Shown: piece by piece, positions 60,784 through 64,000 of the stretch | Position numbering within the stretch: position 1 is the first letter of the stretch | Layout: each line of letters begins with the position of its first letter | Origin: an uncultured Candidatus Saccharibacteria bacterium | GTDB lineage: Bacteria; Patescibacteriota; Saccharimonadia; Saccharimonadales; UBA10212 | Assembly (NCBI GenBank): GCA_964567555.1 | Contig: CAZMNA010000002.1 | Location: forward strand, 5,795 to 69,794 | Direction of reading: 5' to 3' | Length of the DNA: 64,000 nucleotides | Program-made: the position numbers and the translations under genes | The notes under the pieces: model-generated | Databases searched by the model: none | What the model was told of the DNA's origin: nothing | The model's input: the letters and a program-made list of their open reading frames with translations, nothing else

Positions 60784-63261
60784 ATGGCGAAGGAAGCTTC
60801 TGCTCGAATTAAAATTAACAAGCTGCTTGAGGCGGCTGGCTGGGAGTTTGGCAAGAATATTCAGCTTGAAGCTGGCATCAAACTTGAAGATCTAGGCAAC
60901 GACTTCGAAAATGCCAAACAGGGCTACATTGATTACTTGCTTTTGGACGACAAAGGCTTCCCGCTGCTTGTACTCGAAGCTAAACGCGAAGACAAAAATC
61001 CTCTGGATGGTAAAGATCAAGCTCGCAATTACGCTCGCAACAATAAAGCTCGCTTCATCATCCTTAGCAACGGCAATCTTCATTATTTTTGGGACACCGA
61101 ACACGGCACAGAAAAGCTGATTACAGAGTTCCCCACCCAGCAGTCGCTTATAAATCTAAAGGATTACCGGCCTAACTTTAAAGCACTGGCATCCGAAAAG
61201 GCTGATGCTGACTACATCGTGCTCAGCCAGATGCCGCGTTATGCGGACGATCCGGACTGGCAGGCCGGTGGTGCCAAACGTGATAATTTTATTAGTCGTT
61301 ACGGTCTCAAATTCCTCCGGCCCTATCAGCTGGACGCCATCACAGCCATTCAAAAAGCTGCGTCGGAAGACAAAGAGCGTTATTTACTAGAAATGGCTAC
61401 AGGCACCGGCAAAACATTAACTACCATCGCCATATCCAAGCTGTTCTTGCGCACCGGCAACGCCAGTCGGATATTGTTCCTAGTTGACCGCATCGAGCTA
61501 GAAATCCAAGCCAATCGTGACTTCAAAGTTCTCAAAGACGATTACACGGTGGCCATATACAAAGAGAAGAGGGACGATTGGCGCAAAGCCAGTGTAGTGA
61601 TCTCAACCGTTCAGACTCTCATGGCTGGCGATCGCTACAAAAAAGAGTTTAGTCCTACTGATTTTGACTTAGTCATTTCTGATGAGGCACATCGCTCAAT
61701 TGGCGGCAATTCACGCAGTGTATTCGAATATTTCATCGGCTACAAACTTGGTCTGACTGCCACACCCAAGGACTACCTAAAGAACGCTGGCGATAATAAA
61801 AATAGCCAAAAAGACACAGAGCGACGCCAGCTACTTGATACGTATAAAACTTTTGGCTGCGAAAGCGGCGAACCAACCTATCGCTACGACTTGGCCAAAG
61901 GCGCCAGTCAAGGTTATTTGATCCAGCCAACCGTTGTCGATGCCCGGACCGAGATTACTACCCAGCTTTTAAGCGATGGAGGCTATGAAGTCGAACGCAA
62001 AACCGAAGACGATCAAGTAGAAACCCAGGTCTATTTTAGCCGTCATTTTGAACGTAAATTTTTTAACGAAGAGACAAATGTAGCCTTTGCTAAAGCTTTT
62101 GTAGAAAACGCTTTGCGCGATCCAATCAGCCAAGAGCTGGGCAAAAGTCTAATTTTTTGCGTTAGCCAAGCCCATGCCAGCAAAATTACCCAGCTTCTTA
62201 ATAAAATTGCTGATAAAAAATGGCCCGGCAAATACAATTCAGACTTTGCCGCCCAGGTAAGCAGCAATATTGATGCCGCCCAAGACATGAGCACCAAGTT
62301 CACTAACAATAACCTAAATGGCACTACCAAATTCCTGGATGGCTATAAGTCTAACCGAACGCGTGTTTGCGTAACTGTTGGCATGATGACCACTGGCTAC
62401 GACTGCCCGGATCTGTTAAACGTTGCTTTCCTACGCCCAATATTTAGCCCAGCAGATTTTATTCAGATGAAAGGTCGCGGTACTCGCAAAGCTACCTTTG
62501 AATATGAAGACACAGACGGCCAAAAAACTGTCATGGGAAAAATAGGCTTTAAGCTTTTTGATTTCTTTGCTGTATGCGAATACTTCGAAACCAAATTTAA
62601 CTACGACGAGCAACTCAAGTTACCACCTACTATCGGCCTTAAAAATATAGACGAAGATGGTGACCCAAAACGCTACATTCAGGATGATCTGGACGCGGCA
62701 CAAGCTGATCAGCTAAAAACAATTAAAGAAGAGCGGGTTAGTGTCGAAGGCATGCGGGTAGATCGCGAAGCTTGGGGCGAGCGTGCCAAAGAAACAATTG
62801 CCGCAGACGAAGAAGTGGCAGAACTTTATAAGTCTGGCGATATTTATGGCGCAGAAAAAGCCGTAATAGAAAAGCATTTTGATAAAGCCCAACTTTACAT
62901 TAACCGTAGTCGATTTAAACAAATGCTTGGCCTAGACCGTCGCCCAAGAATTACAGAAATTCTAGAGTTCGCCTTTGGTGACCGCGACAAATTCCAAACT
63001 AAAGACGAGATTGTAGCCGATGAATTTGCCGACTTTGTCCAAAACGAAGCTATCGAACCCGAAAATTATAATTCTGCCCGAGATATTTTCAGTGCCTACA
63101 CTACTAGTGCTGAGGTTCGAGAGATCATAGACAGTGGCCAATACGGCAAGCTAGATTTTGCCGGTGTCGATATGAAAGAATGGACCGACCTACCCGATCA
63201 TCTGCGCAAACGTATCCCTGAGTACGCTCGAGATTACGTGCTAGAAAAAGTAGCTGATTAA
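60784..63261 (+). CDS. orphan type I restriction R-subunit-like nuclease-helicase (HsdR-like)
   Basis: N-terminal PD-(D/E)xK region YIDYLLLDD...LVLEAKRED, helicase motifs MATGTGKT and DEAH(RS), QMKGRGTR, and an EcoEI-R-like C-terminal region. There is no hsdM/hsdS in the window. Confidence 0.7.
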   Translation: MAKEASARIKINKLLEAAGWEFGKNIQLEAGIKLEDLGNDFENAKQGYIDYLLLDDKGFPLLVLEAKREDKNPLDGKDQARNYARNNKARFIILSNGNLHYFWDTEHGTEKLITEFPTQQSLINLKDYRPNFKALASEKADADYIVLSQMPRYADDPDWQAGGAKRDNFISRYGLKFLRPYQLDAITAIQKAASEDKERYLLEMATGTGKTLTTIAISKLFLRTGNASRILFLVDRIELEIQANRDFKVLKDDYTVAIYKEKRDDWRKASVVISTVQTLMAGDRYKKEFSPTDFDLVISDEAHRSIGGNSRSVFEYFIGYKLGLTATPKDYLKNAGDNKNSQKDTERRQLLDTYKTFGCESGEPTYRYDLAKGASQGYLIQPTVVDARTEITTQLLSDGGYEVERKTEDDQVETQVYFSRHFERKFFNEETNVAFAKAFVENALRDPISQELGKSLIFCVSQAHASKITQLLNKIADKKWPGKYNSDFAAQVSSNIDAAQDMSTKFTNNNLNGTTKFLDGYKSNRTRVCVTVGMMTTGYDCPDLLNVAFLRPIFSPADFIQMKGRGTRKATFEYEDTDGQKTVMGKIGFKLFDFFAVCEYFETKFNYDEQLKLPPTIGLKNIDEDGDPKRYIQDDLDAAQADQLKTIKEERVSVEGMRVDREAWGERAKETIAADEEVAELYKSGDIYGAEKAVIEKHFDKAQLYINRSRFKQMLGLDRRPRITEILEFAFGDRDKFQTKDEIVADEFADFVQNEAIEPENYNSARDIFSAYTTSAEVREIIDSGQYGKLDFAGVDMKEWTDLPDHLRKRIPEYARDYVLEKVAD

Positions 63262-63854
63262 GCTCGCTCGATAATCTTACTCAGCATTTGACTCAACGGT
63301 TTCTCGTCACCATTATATCCGGCGATACAAGCTGCAATGTTTTCTTTGCGGTCCATGTCACCCCATGCAATATTCCAGCCTAGGTCCTCAGCCAACATTG
63401 ATAGCAGCGTTCTTATCGCGCGACCATTTCCTTCGCGGAAAGGGTGCACCACATTTAATTCACTGTAGTAGTGCGCAAGATGTCTGACAAATTCATCTTC
63501 ATCTAAACCGTCCAGATAATTTTCACTTGCCAAAGACTTAAAGATTACTTGTAGACTTGGAACAATGCTATCAATTCTGGCAAAACTCGTCCTGCCCTTA
63601 CTAAATTCGATTGTTCTTATCTTTCCTGCCCAGTCATAAATATCGCCAAAGATGTAATGGTGCAGCTCGCAAAGTAGTCTCCAGTTAAATTCTTTAAGGG
63701 GCGGCTTGTCTTCAATGGTCAAAGTCGATATTTGAACGGCGCTAATCTCGGCCTCGGCTTGATCTAGTTCTTTTTGATTAGTTATACCAAGTAAATTCCT
63801 CAAAACACCCGTCTTTTTATTTAAGTACGGGTCGTTATCGACGTCGTAAGGCAT
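63258..63854 (-). CDS. Fic domain toxin (FicT/VbhT-like adenylyltransferase)
   Basis: HPFREGNGRAIR, a canonical HxFx(D/E)GNGRxxR motif. Confidence 0.85.
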   Translation of the reverse strand: MPYDVDNDPYLNKKTGVLRNLLGITNQKELDQAEAEISAVQISTLTIEDKPPLKEFNWRLLCELHHYIFGDIYDWAGKIRTIEFSKGRTSFARIDSIVPSLQVIFKSLASENYLDGLDEDEFVRHLAHYYSELNVVHPFREGNGRAIRTLLSMLAEDLGWNIAWGDMDRKENIAACIAGYNGDEKPLSQMLSKIIERA

Positions 63855-63856
63855 AT

Positions 63857-64000
63857 TTACTTAGTCTTGCGGGTAACGAATTGGCCAGTCACGCTCGAGC
63901 GCAATGTTTTTGCACTTATTTTTCCGTCGGCGTAATTTCTAAGTTGTTTTTGTGTTTGTGCGGATGGGTGCAAGCCTTCGGCTCGCACAGAACCAACCGC
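63857..64000 (-). CDS. VbhA/FicA-type antitoxin, C-terminal part (5' end outside window)
   Basis: Partial ORF ...AVGSVRAEGLHPSAQTQKQLRNYADGKISAKTL...TRKTK*. It contains the inhibitory motif [S/T]xxxE[G/N] as SVRAEG, and its stop lies 2 nt before the fic ATG. Confidence 0.65.
   Translation of the reverse strand, partial: AVGSVRAEGLHPSAQTQKQLRNYADGKISAKTLRSSVTGQFVTRKTK

Overview
This is a 64-kb window from a moderately AT-rich, gene-dense bacterium. All calls rest on reading the sequence and the supplied ORF track and on motif recognition from memory; no database search or folding program was run. The gene content points to a Patescibacteria/CPR (Saccharibacteria-like) episymbiont, but that is inference. 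Supporting features are a complete secretin-less type IV pilus cluster (PilM/N/O, PilB, PilT, PilC, PilD, five pilin-like genes), many tiny single-pass membrane ORFs, compact housekeeping operons, frequent leaderless-looking starts and a heliorhodopsin. I call about 70 protein genes, three complete tRNAs (Thr-CGU, Asp-GUC, Arg-CCU) and one partial tRNA. There is no rRNA and no CRISPR array. Housekeeping genes include tgt, nrdR, ndk, xerC/D-like, ychF, tlyA, efp, rpsR-ssb-rpsF, ftsK, rnj, udg, pnp, rpsO, truB, rpsT, holA, mutM and typA. The most notable observations follow. (1) Three 112-113-nt inverted-repeat elements sit exactly on start codons (pilB, an 86-aa pilus-operon gene, truB). Each is flanked by its own duplicated ATGNN pentamer, carries a Shine-Dalgarno sequence (SD, ribosome-binding site) in its right arm, and holds a short ORF ending at or near the real start. 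(2) Downstream of tRNA-Asp there is an array of three to five tRNA-3'-end-like direct repeats. These separate small membrane-protein genes, each with its own -10 box 6-7 nt before the start codon. (3) A heliorhodopsin plus methyltransferase-like gene pair is bounded by perfect 177-bp direct repeats of a structured repeat family; a third, diverged copy lies after ychF. (4) One promoter-like module (TGTATT-N17-TATAAT) is shared by heliorhodopsin, a DEAD-box helicase remnant and an orphan HsdR-like nuclease-helicase. (5) Two GC-rich, SD-led secreted-protein genes, one cutinase-like, look horizontally acquired. (6) Orphan ORFs are wedged into conserved ribosomal-protein operons, and there are AbrB-Doc and VbhA/FicA-Fic toxin-antitoxin modules.
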